Assembly (NCBI GenBank): GCA_022764275.1
Contig: JALERH010000030.1
Location: 10,314-74,313, forward strand
DNA: 64,000 bases
Direction of reading: 5' to 3'
Source of the DNA: Blautia sp.
GTDB lineage: Bacteria; Bacillota; Clostridia; Lachnospirales; Lachnospiraceae
Every line of letters begins with the position of its first letter. Position 1 is the first letter of the stretch. Position numbers and translations under genes: made by a program. The notes under the pieces are model-generated. The model was not told the origin of the DNA. It saw only the letters and a program-made list of their open reading frames with translations, and ran no database searches. Positions 1 through 8,677 of the stretch are shown piece after piece.

Positions 1-1388
1 TCTCTTGTCTTCCCGATCTGGGTACCGGTAATCTCAGATTTCCCTCCCTGCAGAACAAGCTCCAGAACCTTTGGCAGATTCAGCCAGCTGTTGGTGGTAT
101 TGCCGTTGTCTTTTCCCATGATCAGCGGTTCCTGACAGCCTGCTACCGAATAATCTGCCAGGTCTTCCTCTGCCACACCATTGTTTCTCAGTACCTCAAA
201 GAGCGCATCGTCGTTAAAGAGAGACGGCGTAAGCACACCTGGGGTAAAGAAGAATCTTCCCATTTCCTGATACAGCTCATCCGGCGTGTTCTTATGCAGC
301 TTCACGGAAAGAATCGGCTGCGGAAGGTTCATGTCAAAATAAGCATCAAACAGGGCGTAAGATGTGGGGTTTGTCAGGTCATTTCCTGCTGCGTCACGTC
401 CGCCGATGATCAGGTTCTGGGAAATTGCCCAGCTTCTGTCTGCCACATTGAAGAACACCAGCATATGCTTTAACAGGGATGCCGTCATGTCACGATCCAG
501 ATCTTCCATTGCCCGGTAAGGCTCAAAAATACGATCCGCATTTCCCACAGAAAAGGCGAATGGATTCGGGGTCTGCTCCACCGTCATGGTCTGCCAGATC
601 AGAATAAATGACTGAATCGCTTCATAGAGGTTCCGGGCGCCATTTGCCGGAACCTTTTTCAAGGTCTCCGCCATCAGAGTATAGCGTTCTTTCGCTTTCC
701 CCGTACTCTGTGCAGCTTTTTCTTCTGCCATCACGGCATAACGCTCTGCCAGGATCAGCATGGCATCGATGGAAATCCTCATGGCTTCGTAATACTGCTT
801 TTTACCTTCGTCCTCTGTCTCGGCCTTTTTTTCGCTGATTTCATTCTGTACATAGAGAGCGCCTTTTTCCAGCAGATGGCGGACATCCGGAATCACGTGT
901 CCGGTTACCTGCTCGATAAAGAACACGGCTTCTCCGGTATATTTTTCAGCCGGTGCGTAGGCAGCGGTCAGTGCTTTCGCAAACTCATTTTTTGCATAGT
1001 AGTCTTTTACCTTTGCGATACGCTCCGGGGTGATATCTCCAATAGGATCGATGTCCCCGAAAACGGCCGTCGGGTCGCAGTAACCGCTAAAAGAGCTTAC
1101 CTGAAAGGCAGGGTTGATCAGTGCATAGGAACGTGCAAAGGCATCGTCCTGGGTTCCGGCAAATACATGATAATCTCCCAATGTCAGCGGAATTCGCTTC
1201 ATTACCTCCGCCAGTGTCTTTGCGATACGCAGGCAGTCCGGCTCCTCTTTAAAGTTTTCGTCGCATTCCATGGCAATTTCTCTGGCAAGGAACCATCCCT
1301 CCAGATGATTCAGGGCACGTTCCTCCCGGAAGCGCTCTTTGGCTAATTCTGTAATCTCATTTGCATTATAGATTTCCTGAATTTTCAT
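1..1388 (-). CDS. Glycyl radical enzyme (PFL2/eliminase-like), 5' part only; runs off the left edge
   Basis: Missing from the ORF track; hand-translated from ATG 1388 (RBS AAGGAG): MKIQEIYNANEITELAKERF...GHVIPD...YEAIQSFILIWQ...NLIIGGRDAAGNDLTNPTSY...LPQPILSVKLHKNTPDELY...PSLFNDD...YSVAGCQEPLIMG. The QP.LSV, P..FND and GCxEP segments are GRE hallmarks; Cys at codon 418 (nt 135-137). Adjacent to a GRE activase. The Gly loop lies outside the window. Confidence 0.9.
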   Translation of the reverse strand, partial: MKIQEIYNANEITELAKERFREERALNHLEGWFLAREIAMECDENFKEEPDCLRIAKTLAEVMKRIPLTLGDYHVFAGTQDDAFARSYALINPAFQVSSFSGYCDPTAVFGDIDPIGDITPERIAKVKDYYAKNEFAKALTAAYAPAEKYTGEAVFFIEQVTGHVIPDVRHLLEKGALYVQNEISEKKAETEDEGKKQYYEAMRISIDAMLILAERYAVMAEEKAAQSTGKAKERYTLMAETLKKVPANGARNLYEAIQSFILIWQTMTVEQTPNPFAFSVGNADRIFEPYRAMEDLDRDMTASLLKHMLVFFNVADRSWAISQNLIIGGRDAAGNDLTNPTSYALFDAYFDMNLPQPILSVKLHKNTPDELYQEMGRFFFTPGVLTPSLFNDDALFEVLRNNGVAEEDLADYSVAGCQEPLIMGKDNGNTTNSWLNLPKVLELVLQGGKSEITGTQIGKTR

Positions 1389-1413
1389 TTTGATGATTCT
1401 CTCCTTTCTTCCG

Positions 1414-2289
1414 TCAGGTTCTCACAATCTGAATTCCTTCCTCCCGGAATCTGTTTTCAAAATATTGCCGTGTTTCGGGAGTGATCTTTCCCGGTTTCAT
1501 AGTGTAGGTATAGCCGCACTGTTCCCATTTTCCCTTTCCAAATTCGTGGTAGGTGAGGATTTCCACCCGTACATTGTCACGTCCGGCAGCACAGCTTTTA
1601 AAAAACTCTGCAAATTCTTCCGCATCCTCTCTGCTGTTATTAAATCCCGGGATCAGTGGAATCCGAATCAGTACATCCGGATGCTTCTCTGTGGCCATGC
1701 GAATGTTCTGAATCGTGCGTTCGTTGGATACGCCAAGCCATTCCTTATGCTTTTTCGCATCCATATGTTTGATATCCATGATCCACTCATCCACCAGGGG
1801 GATATATTCCTCCATCCGCGGATGCGTGCCATTGCTCTCGATCGCAGTATGGATACCTGCCTCTTTCAGTCCGCCGAGAAGCTCCTTTACCGCGTCAAAC
1901 TGCAGAGTAATCTCTCCACCCGTCAGAGTCACACCGCCTCCGTCAAAGAACATAGGCTTACAGCCAATGCATTCCTTTAAAAGGTCTGATACCTCGTATT
2001 CCCGGTAAGTGAGACGGATTCCCTTCTGCCGCCTCTTCTGAATACAGGGACGGTCTTCACAGTCTTCGCACAAAGTCCGGTCAAGCCTGCCATCTTTCAC
2101 CGCGCCCTTTGGACAACAGCTTTTAGACAGCCATTCCTTTTCCACAAACAATGCCCCGCCGGGAGTCATTCCCTCCGGATTGGAGCACCAGGGACAATGC
2201 ATGTTGCATCCCTGCAAATGCAGGATCAACCGGTTTCCCCTGCCATCCTGGGAATAATTAAATCCCTTTTGAAACACCTTGATCTTCAT
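1414..2289 (-). CDS. Glycyl-radical enzyme activating enzyme (radical SAM)
   Basis: SQDGRGNR...GCNMHCPWCSNPEG (CxxxCxxC), GGGVTLTGGE, HTAIESNG, RIPLIPGFN, short Cys-rich ferredoxin-like insert. ATG 2289 has RBS AGGAGG. Confidence 0.95.
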   Translation of the reverse strand: MKIKVFQKGFNYSQDGRGNRLILHLQGCNMHCPWCSNPEGMTPGGALFVEKEWLSKSCCPKGAVKDGRLDRTLCEDCEDRPCIQKRRQKGIRLTYREYEVSDLLKECIGCKPMFFDGGGVTLTGGEITLQFDAVKELLGGLKEAGIHTAIESNGTHPRMEEYIPLVDEWIMDIKHMDAKKHKEWLGVSNERTIQNIRMATEKHPDVLIRIPLIPGFNNSREDAEEFAEFFKSCAAGRDNVRVEILTYHEFGKGKWEQCGYTYTMKPGKITPETRQYFENRFREEGIQIVRT

Positions 2290-2304
2290 CTGTTCCTCCT
2301 GCAA

Positions 2305-2329
2305 ATTGGTATTATATTATAATACCAAT
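2305..2329. promoter_or_regulatory. Palindromic operator over the predicted start site of the GRE operon
   Basis: ATTGGTATTAT-TAT-ATAATACCAAT: perfect 11-bp inverted repeat between the proximal -10 and the RBS. Confidence 0.6.
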
Positions 2330-2330
2330 A

Positions 2331-2400
2331 AGACTAAAAAAATAAAAATGCTGTGTCAAGTTATTGATTTAATCATACGATAAGAGCCTGGTGTTGTCAA
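2331..2400 (-). promoter_or_regulatory. Two tandem sigma70 promoters for the activase-GRE operon
   Basis: TTGACA(2400-2395)-17-TATGAT(2377-2372) and TTGACA(2359-2354)-17-TAGTCT(2336-2331). Confidence 0.7.
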
Positions 2401-2716
2401 CCGATACAGAAATAGATTATTGCACAAAATATGGTCGGTGGTTTTGTTAACTATTTCAGCTTTCCACACGGCTGAGCACCTATTTCCTATTTTCCGCAAA
2501 TATAGGGGCAATCACAAATTTTGTGGGATAACTATCCCAGGTATTGCATGAGGTTCGTGCCAAGTTCGGCGGACGGATTAGATCATATATCGCCGTAAGG
2601 GAAACTCCAAAAAAAGCATATGGTTTGGGCATATATGACGCACAATACTCTCTCAGACCCAAAATCATGAAAATTCCAGTGGAAATATGCAAGTTTTACC
2701 ACAAATTTTCTCTATG

Positions 2717-3060
2717 TTAGAAATAAGTATACTCCAGACCCAGAATTTTGCATTTTTCTGGGTCTGGGAACAATTTTTGTCTGTTATAGATACAAAAGAA
2801 ATCTATAATGCTGTATTTTACCGTGAAATCCCAGGAAATTTTCTCCAGCGAGGTATCTTTTTTCGTATATGCCCAAAAGTGTTTCGAACAGCAGCAACTG
2901 CTCCTGCGTTCTTCGCCGTCGTTCCTGCTCCCTTTTTCGCACCGCGAAAGCTTCCTCTTTCCCGTTTTCCTGTACTCCTCTATCCTGTCCGAAAGCATAA
3001 TGTTGTACAGGAAGCGGCATTGTTTAAGCATCAACATCTAAACAGGAACCTGTTTGTTTA
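2717..3060 (-). pseudogene. Degenerate IS200/IS605 tnpB (OrfB) 5' fragment
   Basis: CRFLYNIMLSDRIEEYRKTGK resembles the HTH_OrfB_IS605 segment GCCRF(V/L)YNxMLxDKIxxYxKTGK; similarity decays afterwards; no RuvC or zinc finger; short hairpins nearby (AAACAGG-AA-CCTGTTT 3041-3056). Confidence 0.55.
2734..2767. repeat. 12-bp perfect inverted repeat (hairpin)
   Basis: CCAGACCCAGAA-TTTTGCATTT-TTCTGGGTCTGG; a partial copy (CAGACCCAAAAT) lies near 2655. Confidence 0.75.
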
Positions 3061-3070
3061 GTAACAGATC

Positions 3071-4651
3071 CTATATTTCTTCGATCACACATTGATGTTC
3101 TTTTGTTTTTTTGTCATAGCTGATTCCGATAAGCAGAATCTTTCCACTATATTTGAAGAGAGATTCCGGGTAGTTTTTTTCCTTTATCTGCTTCAGTGCT
3201 GTCTGTGCTGTCTTATTCCATTTCAGTTCTACCAGAAGTGCAGGATAATCATCCACGTATTCTGTCTTTGGCAGAAACACAAAATCCGCAAATCCTTTTC
3301 CTGCAGGCAATTCCCTGATTGGCTTGAAATAATATTGCATAGCACTCAGGTATGCGATTGTTAATACACTGCTGAGGGAGTTTTCATCATTGTACTGAAT
3401 AGAAGAAGCATATTCCGTGTGTATTTTTTCTATTCCATTTGCCACGGCAGTCTCATCCATATTAAGCGTCGCATTCAATAACTCACCTGACTGAGTTTCA
3501 AATTCAAGCAACTCATTCCACTTATTTTCTTCTACAGCATCCATGAACTCTCTTCGTATTTCCTCATTTGGAATATAGGCGGTTTGCTTCTTCTGATTAT
3601 AGGCAAGATACCCCAAATGGACCAAAAGTGTCAAAACATCGTCTTTACTTTTGAATGTAACCATATCATTCTGGAATGATGTTGTTTTGATTCTGTATTC
3701 GTCACCGGACAGCATGGTCAAAATGGAAGTTTTCAAACCGTCAAAATCTTTGTTTATGAGAGGAAGAATCGACTCATAGGTTCCTGTCTGTGACCAGTAA
3801 TTCTGAAACTCTCCCATCATCATAAGGTTCACTACCGCATTTGGATTATATACATGGTACGTTCCAAGCTGATATCCATCATACCAGCGTTTCACTTCTT
3901 CAAATTCCTGCCCATACTTATCACACAGACCCAATACTTCCTCTTCCGTAAATCCAATATAAGAGGACAGGGGTCCAGGGTTCAGCATTGTAAATTGAGT
4001 GAAATTGTTAAGTGCTGACTGAGTTTTTAATTTCTTGATGGGAAGGATCCCTGTCAAATACGCAAGGTGAATATACTTGGATGGTTCACTTCCCTTAAAC
4101 AACCCACGCAGAAAACCAATGTACTCTTCCTGTACCTGCTGATTCAGTGCCTCATCCCGTATCAAAGCATCCCACTCGTCAATGATCACAATAAACCTTT
4201 TTCCTGTAGCTGCATTAATACATGATAATGCATCCGGAAGAGAACCGGATATTTCTGAAAGCGCTTCCGGATAATAGCTTCTCAATTCATTTACTGTATT
4301 TTTTGTAATAAATGAAACCACCTTTTCGGGACCGCCTGCCGGTTCTATACACCACTGAATATCAAGATGAATCACATCATATTGGTTCAAATGTTTCTTA
4401 AAATCTTCTGCGTTACTGATTTCCAACCCTGAAAACAGCTTTTCTGAATCGCAGCCTCTGCTGTAATATGCTGTAAGCATATCTGCTGTGATTGATTTTC
4501 CAAACCGGCGCGGGCGACTGTTACAGATGAACTTTGCTGTTGTATCTATAACACTGTTGGTATATTCTAACAGGCCTGTTTTATCTACGTAGATTTTTGA
4601 ATTCAGCACGTCCTGAAACGCACTGATCTTAGGATTTAAAAACCTTCCCAT
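3071..4651 (-). CDS. AAA-ATPase-like protein with C-terminal PD-(D/E)XK nuclease domain
   Basis: YVDKT, Walker A SRPRRFGKS, Walker B IIIDEWD, YLTGILPI, WYDGY, YNP, and C-terminal RELPAGKGFADFVF...LLVELK...ALKQIKEKNY. Confidence 0.9.
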   Translation of the reverse strand: MGRFLNPKISAFQDVLNSKIYVDKTGLLEYTNSVIDTTAKFICNSRPRRFGKSITADMLTAYYSRGCDSEKLFSGLEISNAEDFKKHLNQYDVIHLDIQWCIEPAGGPEKVVSFITKNTVNELRSYYPEALSEISGSLPDALSCINAATGKRFIVIIDEWDALIRDEALNQQVQEEYIGFLRGLFKGSEPSKYIHLAYLTGILPIKKLKTQSALNNFTQFTMLNPGPLSSYIGFTEEEVLGLCDKYGQEFEEVKRWYDGYQLGTYHVYNPNAVVNLMMMGEFQNYWSQTGTYESILPLINKDFDGLKTSILTMLSGDEYRIKTTSFQNDMVTFKSKDDVLTLLVHLGYLAYNQKKQTAYIPNEEIRREFMDAVEENKWNELLEFETQSGELLNATLNMDETAVANGIEKIHTEYASSIQYNDENSLSSVLTIAYLSAMQYYFKPIRELPAGKGFADFVFLPKTEYVDDYPALLVELKWNKTAQTALKQIKEKNYPESLFKYSGKILLIGISYDKKTKEHQCVIEEI

Positions 4652-4828
4652 TTGCCGCACACCCTCTTTCGAAATCATACTTTATGATAAGTTTCTTATT
4701 CCCAGTATTTCAAAACGCCATCCGATATACCTACAATTTTATCATTATCCAGTATTGATAGCAAGTTGATACGAAAAATATCCGTTCATTTTTATCACCC
4801 TGAACGAAAACAGGCGCGCAAACCCCAA

Positions 4829-4860
4829 AAAAAGCATCCCCAATAAAGGGGATGCTTTTT
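4829..4860 (-). terminator. Intrinsic terminator after the ABC substrate-binding gene
   Basis: AAAAAGCATCCCC-AATAAA-GGGGATGCTTTTT. Confidence 0.8.
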
Positions 4861-4905
4861 ATTATTTGTTGTAACATACACTACTTGAGCGAATGCCCAT
4901 TCGCT

Positions 4906-5985
4906 TTAGTCGTACAGGTTCTGTGCGATTTCTTCGTCGTTCATGTTGTCAGCTGTATACCACTGGCATCCAGTATCAACATCTTCAACAGCCTCGCCTT
5001 TAGCAGCTTTGCAAGCAAGCTCAACAACCTTCTCGCCCATTGCTACAGGAGCCTGGGTGATAGCGCCTAAGAATGTTCCGTCAGCTACAGCAGCTTTGAT
5101 AACAGCACCGGAGTCAAAACCAACACCGATAACCTGATCTTCGCCAAGGCCGAATTTCTGAAGGTTCTCATTACCAGTTACCATAGCCTCTGCAGAGTGC
5201 TGGTTGGAACCATAGATGCAGATGATATCATCTTTGTTTAACAGAGTCTGGCAGTCGATAGCGGACAGCTCAGATGTAACCTGAGAAGGAACTAAGGTCT
5301 CGATGATAACTTTTCCGTCATCAACAGACTCAACTGTTGCATCGTTTACATATCTGTCGTTACCTTCCAGTTTAACTGTGAAGCCGTCAGCGATTGCAAG
5401 TTCACCGATTTTGTCGATGAAACCAAGACCACGGTTAACAACGGACTCGGAAGTAGCATCCTGGCCCATAACACCGATTCTTACGGAACCTTCTGCGTTA
5501 GCGATTCTGTCTTTTAATACTTCATAAGTTTTCTCTGCTGCAAGAGCACCTGCTGCATAGTTGTCGGTAGAAGCGTTAGCAACTACTGCTCCTTCCGGAG
5601 CTTCCGGAACACCAGAGTCAAAACCAATGATCGGGATTCCTGCTTCCTGTGCGGATGTAATAGCGTCCATACAAGCGCTGGTATCCAGAGCTGCCAGTGC
5701 GATTGCACCTGGTTTTGCGTTGATAGCGGAGTTCAGCATCTGAACCTGGTCAGCGATATCGGATTCGGAGTTTGGTCCAACAAAGTTGATCTTGCATCCT
5801 AATTCTTCAGCTTTCTGCTCAGCACCTTTTAATACTGCCTGCCAGTACTGATGCTGGAAACCTTTGGATACGATTTCTACGCTAACATCAGAGTAGTCAG
5901 CCTCTGCATGCACGTTCACTGTACCAACCATGCATCCTACCATTGCTGCACATAATGCAACGCTCATTAATTTCTTCTTTGTCAT
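4906..5985 (-). CDS. Sugar ABC transporter substrate-binding protein (RbsB/CUT2 family)
   Basis: Signal peptide; SKGFQHQYWQAV, GPNSESDIADQVQML, IPIIGFDSG, STDNYAAG, ITQAPVAMG. Confidence 0.92.
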   Translation of the reverse strand: MTKKKLMSVALCAAMVGCMVGTVNVHAEADYSDVSVEIVSKGFQHQYWQAVLKGAEQKAEELGCKINFVGPNSESDIADQVQMLNSAINAKPGAIALAALDTSACMDAITSAQEAGIPIIGFDSGVPEAPEGAVVANASTDNYAAGALAAEKTYEVLKDRIANAEGSVRIGVMGQDATSESVVNRGLGFIDKIGELAIADGFTVKLEGNDRYVNDATVESVDDGKVIIETLVPSQVTSELSAIDCQTLLNKDDIICIYGSNQHSAEAMVTGNENLQKFGLGEDQVIGVGFDSGAVIKAAVADGTFLGAITQAPVAMGEKVVELACKAAKGEAVEDVDTGCQWYTADNMNDEEIAQNLYD

Positions 5986-6122
5986 TGTTGTAATCCTCCT
6001 TAAGATTATATAGTTTTGTATATGTTAACCTTCCCCAAATTCCGCGGGCGGCACATATCATAATAATTGTATCCCCCGGCATTTACCGGTGCCGGGACCG
6101 TGCTTTTTTAAATTCTGTTATC

Positions 6123-7127
6123 TTATGCTGTTTTCTTGTTCTTTAATACGTCTACAAAGATAGCGACGATCAGGACAATACCTGTGATGATCTGCTGCCA
6201 GTTAGCCTGCAGTCCGATGTATGGAAGACCTGTCTTTAACAGAGACATAATGAATACACCGAGAAGAGTACCGGTAACAGTACCAACACCACCATTCATG
6301 GAAGTACCACCGATGATCGCACCGGCGATTGCATCAAGCTCCAGACCAGCTCCGGTACCAGGTGCGATTGCCTGGAAGGTGGATGCATAAGCAACACCTG
6401 CAAGTCCTGCAAAGAAACCGGAAATGATGTATGCAAGAGACTGATATTTTACTACGTTTACACCGGAAAGACGGGTTGCTTCTTTGTTGCTTCCGATTGC
6501 CAGGATATAACGTCCCGGTCTGCTGTGATTCAGGAAAACGGACATTATAAAGATGAAGAGCAATACCAGAAGGAATCCTACAGGAATCATCTTTCCGCCC
6601 ATCTTCATCTTAAAGATGCTTCTGAACCATCCCTGTTCAGATGCTGCAGGCGGCCAGGTAACACTCATACCACCTGTCAACAGGGAACCAAGACCACGTG
6701 TGATCATCATAGTACCAAGGGTTGCGATAAATGGCGGTAAATCCATAACTGCAACAAGTGCTGCGTTCAGGCATCCGATCACAACACCCAGAAGGATTGT
6801 TGCAAGAAGGCCAACGCCTACCGGCATTCCAAGTTTGGTGATCAGATGACCGCCAAACAGTCCGTAACATACCATACCAGTACCAATGGAAAGGTCTACA
6901 CCACCTGTGATCAGGCAGAACGTAACACCGATTGCCATGAAGCTGATATAGTAAGAATAATCGAAAATACTAACCAGTGTCGGATACTGTCTGAAAGCCG
7001 GGCTCTTAATGCAGAAGAACAATGCTAATAAAATAATTACTAAAACTACTACGATTTTCTGGGTTCCGATTGCTTTTACAATTGGATTATTGGTAAAAGC
7101 ATTTCCCTTTTTTTCCTTATTTGCCAT
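6123..7127 (-). CDS. Sugar ABC transporter permease (RbsC family), copy 2
   Basis: Multi-TM; TGGVDLSIG, PPFIATLG, GRYILAIGSNKEATRLSGV, ELDAIAGAIIGGTSMNGG. Confidence 0.93.
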   Translation of the reverse strand: MANKEKKGNAFTNNPIVKAIGTQKIVVVLVIILLALFFCIKSPAFRQYPTLVSIFDYSYYISFMAIGVTFCLITGGVDLSIGTGMVCYGLFGGHLITKLGMPVGVGLLATILLGVVIGCLNAALVAVMDLPPFIATLGTMMITRGLGSLLTGGMSVTWPPAASEQGWFRSIFKMKMGGKMIPVGFLLVLLFIFIMSVFLNHSRPGRYILAIGSNKEATRLSGVNVVKYQSLAYIISGFFAGLAGVAYASTFQAIAPGTGAGLELDAIAGAIIGGTSMNGGVGTVTGTLLGVFIMSLLKTGLPYIGLQANWQQIITGIVLIVAIFVDVLKNKKTA

Positions 7128-7142
7128 CTCTCTTTCCTCCTC

Positions 7143-8636
7143 CTAATTTCTAAGGGTTGCCGCATGCATGATGTTTTCCTGGGTAGCCTCTGAGATATCG
7201 ATCTCTCCGGTCTTTTTACCCTCACACATAACCACGATACGGTCACTCATTCTTAAAATTTCTGTCATTTCAGAGGAAATCATGATGATTGACTTTCCTT
7301 CTGCTACCAATTCATTCATCAGATGATAAATCTCACTCTTGGCACCTACGTCGATACCTCTGGTCGGCTCGTCAAAAATCAGGATATCACAGTTTCTTAC
7401 AAGCCACTTGGCGATTACCACCTTCTGCTGATTACCTCCGGAAAGATTTACAACAAGCTGATCCACGTTCGGAGTCTTGGTCTTTAAGGATTCCACATAT
7501 TTCTGGGCTACCTCTGCCTCTTTCTTCTTATTAATGAAGATTCCGCTCATGAACTCGTCCAGATTAGCCATAGTGGAATTCTCTGCCACACTCTTTCCTA
7601 CTACGATTCCGAACCTCTTACGGTCTTCTGAAAGATATCCGATTCCACACTTTACTGCATCCATCGGGCTCTTGATATCTACTTTCTTGCCGTTTACATA
7701 GATATCTCCGCTCTCCTTCGGGTCTGCTCCGAACAGTGCTCTTGCGGTCTCGGTTCTTCCTGCTCCCATCAGTCCTGAGAATCCGAGGATTTCTCCTTTG
7801 TGAAGTTCAAAGCTTACATCCTGCACCATCTTACCAGCCTTTAAGTGGTCTACCTTTAATACCACCGGTGCATCTGGTGCTACGTTGCTCTCTGTCTTCG
7901 GATCTTCGTAAATGACACGTCCAACCATCATGTTGATAATGTCATCCTTGGTACATTCTTTTGTGATCAGGGTTCCTACATAGCCGCCGTCACGCATTAC
8001 GGTAACACGGTCTGTGATGACCTTGATCTCATCCATACGGTGTGATATGTACACGATTCCAAGCTGCTTGTCACGGAGGTCTCTGATAATCTTGAACAGT
8101 TCCTCAATTTCTGCCTCTGTCAGAGCTGCAGAAGGCTCATCGAAAATAATGACCTTTGCTTCGTGGGAAATTGCTTTTGCAATCTCGCACATCTGCTGTT
8201 TTCCGACGGTCAGATTTCCCATCTTTTCCTTGGGATCAATGTCAATATTCAACTGTCTGAACAGTTTCGCTGCTTCCTCATTCATCTTAGAATCGTTGAT
8301 GAGCTTTCCGTTCATCATCTCACGTCCGATGAAAATGTTCTGAGCCACGGTCAGGTGGTTCATCATGTTCAGCTCCTGATGCACGATTACGATACCTGCT
8401 TCCTGTGCTTCACGCGGACTGCTGAACTCCACTTCTTTTCCTTCATAAGTAATGGTTCCGGAATCTTTGGTATAAATACCAGTGAGAACCTTCATTAAAG
8501 TGGATTTACCGGCTCCGTTCTCACCCATCAAGGCAAGTACTTCACCTTTACGGATTTCCAAATCTACATGGTCAAGAGCGTGTACACCCGGAAAAGACTT
8601 ATCGATTCCTTTCATTGTTAAAATGATTTCACCCAT
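7143..8636 (-). CDS. Sugar ABC transporter ATP-binding protein (RbsA/MglA type), copy 2
   Basis: Two fused NBDs; GENGAGKS, IIFDEPS, LSGGNQQK, DEPTRGIDVGAK. Confidence 0.95.
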   Translation of the reverse strand: MGEIILTMKGIDKSFPGVHALDHVDLEIRKGEVLALMGENGAGKSTLMKVLTGIYTKDSGTITYEGKEVEFSSPREAQEAGIVIVHQELNMMNHLTVAQNIFIGREMMNGKLINDSKMNEEAAKLFRQLNIDIDPKEKMGNLTVGKQQMCEIAKAISHEAKVIIFDEPSAALTEAEIEELFKIIRDLRDKQLGIVYISHRMDEIKVITDRVTVMRDGGYVGTLITKECTKDDIINMMVGRVIYEDPKTESNVAPDAPVVLKVDHLKAGKMVQDVSFELHKGEILGFSGLMGAGRTETARALFGADPKESGDIYVNGKKVDIKSPMDAVKCGIGYLSEDRKRFGIVVGKSVAENSTMANLDEFMSGIFINKKKEAEVAQKYVESLKTKTPNVDQLVVNLSGGNQQKVVIAKWLVRNCDILIFDEPTRGIDVGAKSEIYHLMNELVAEGKSIIMISSEMTEILRMSDRIVVMCEGKKTGEIDISEATQENIMHAATLRN

Positions 8637-8677
8637 GTCTTCACCTATACGTCCTTTCTAACTATATAATGAACTGA

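Noticed and set aside
1-1388. The GRE as the B12-independent propanediol dehydratase displaced from the BMC locus
   Set aside because: That enzyme has GCVEP and a recognisably different sequence; this one has GCQEP, no encapsulation peptide, its own promoter, and lies 27 kb from the locus.
2540-2560. TGGCACG sigma54-like motif on the minus strand
   Set aside because: GG to GC spacing is 12 nt, not the required 10.
5930-5985. SBP apparently lacking a lipid anchor
   Set aside because: MVGC at residues 15-18 could be a variant lipobox; this cannot be decided without signal-peptide prediction.
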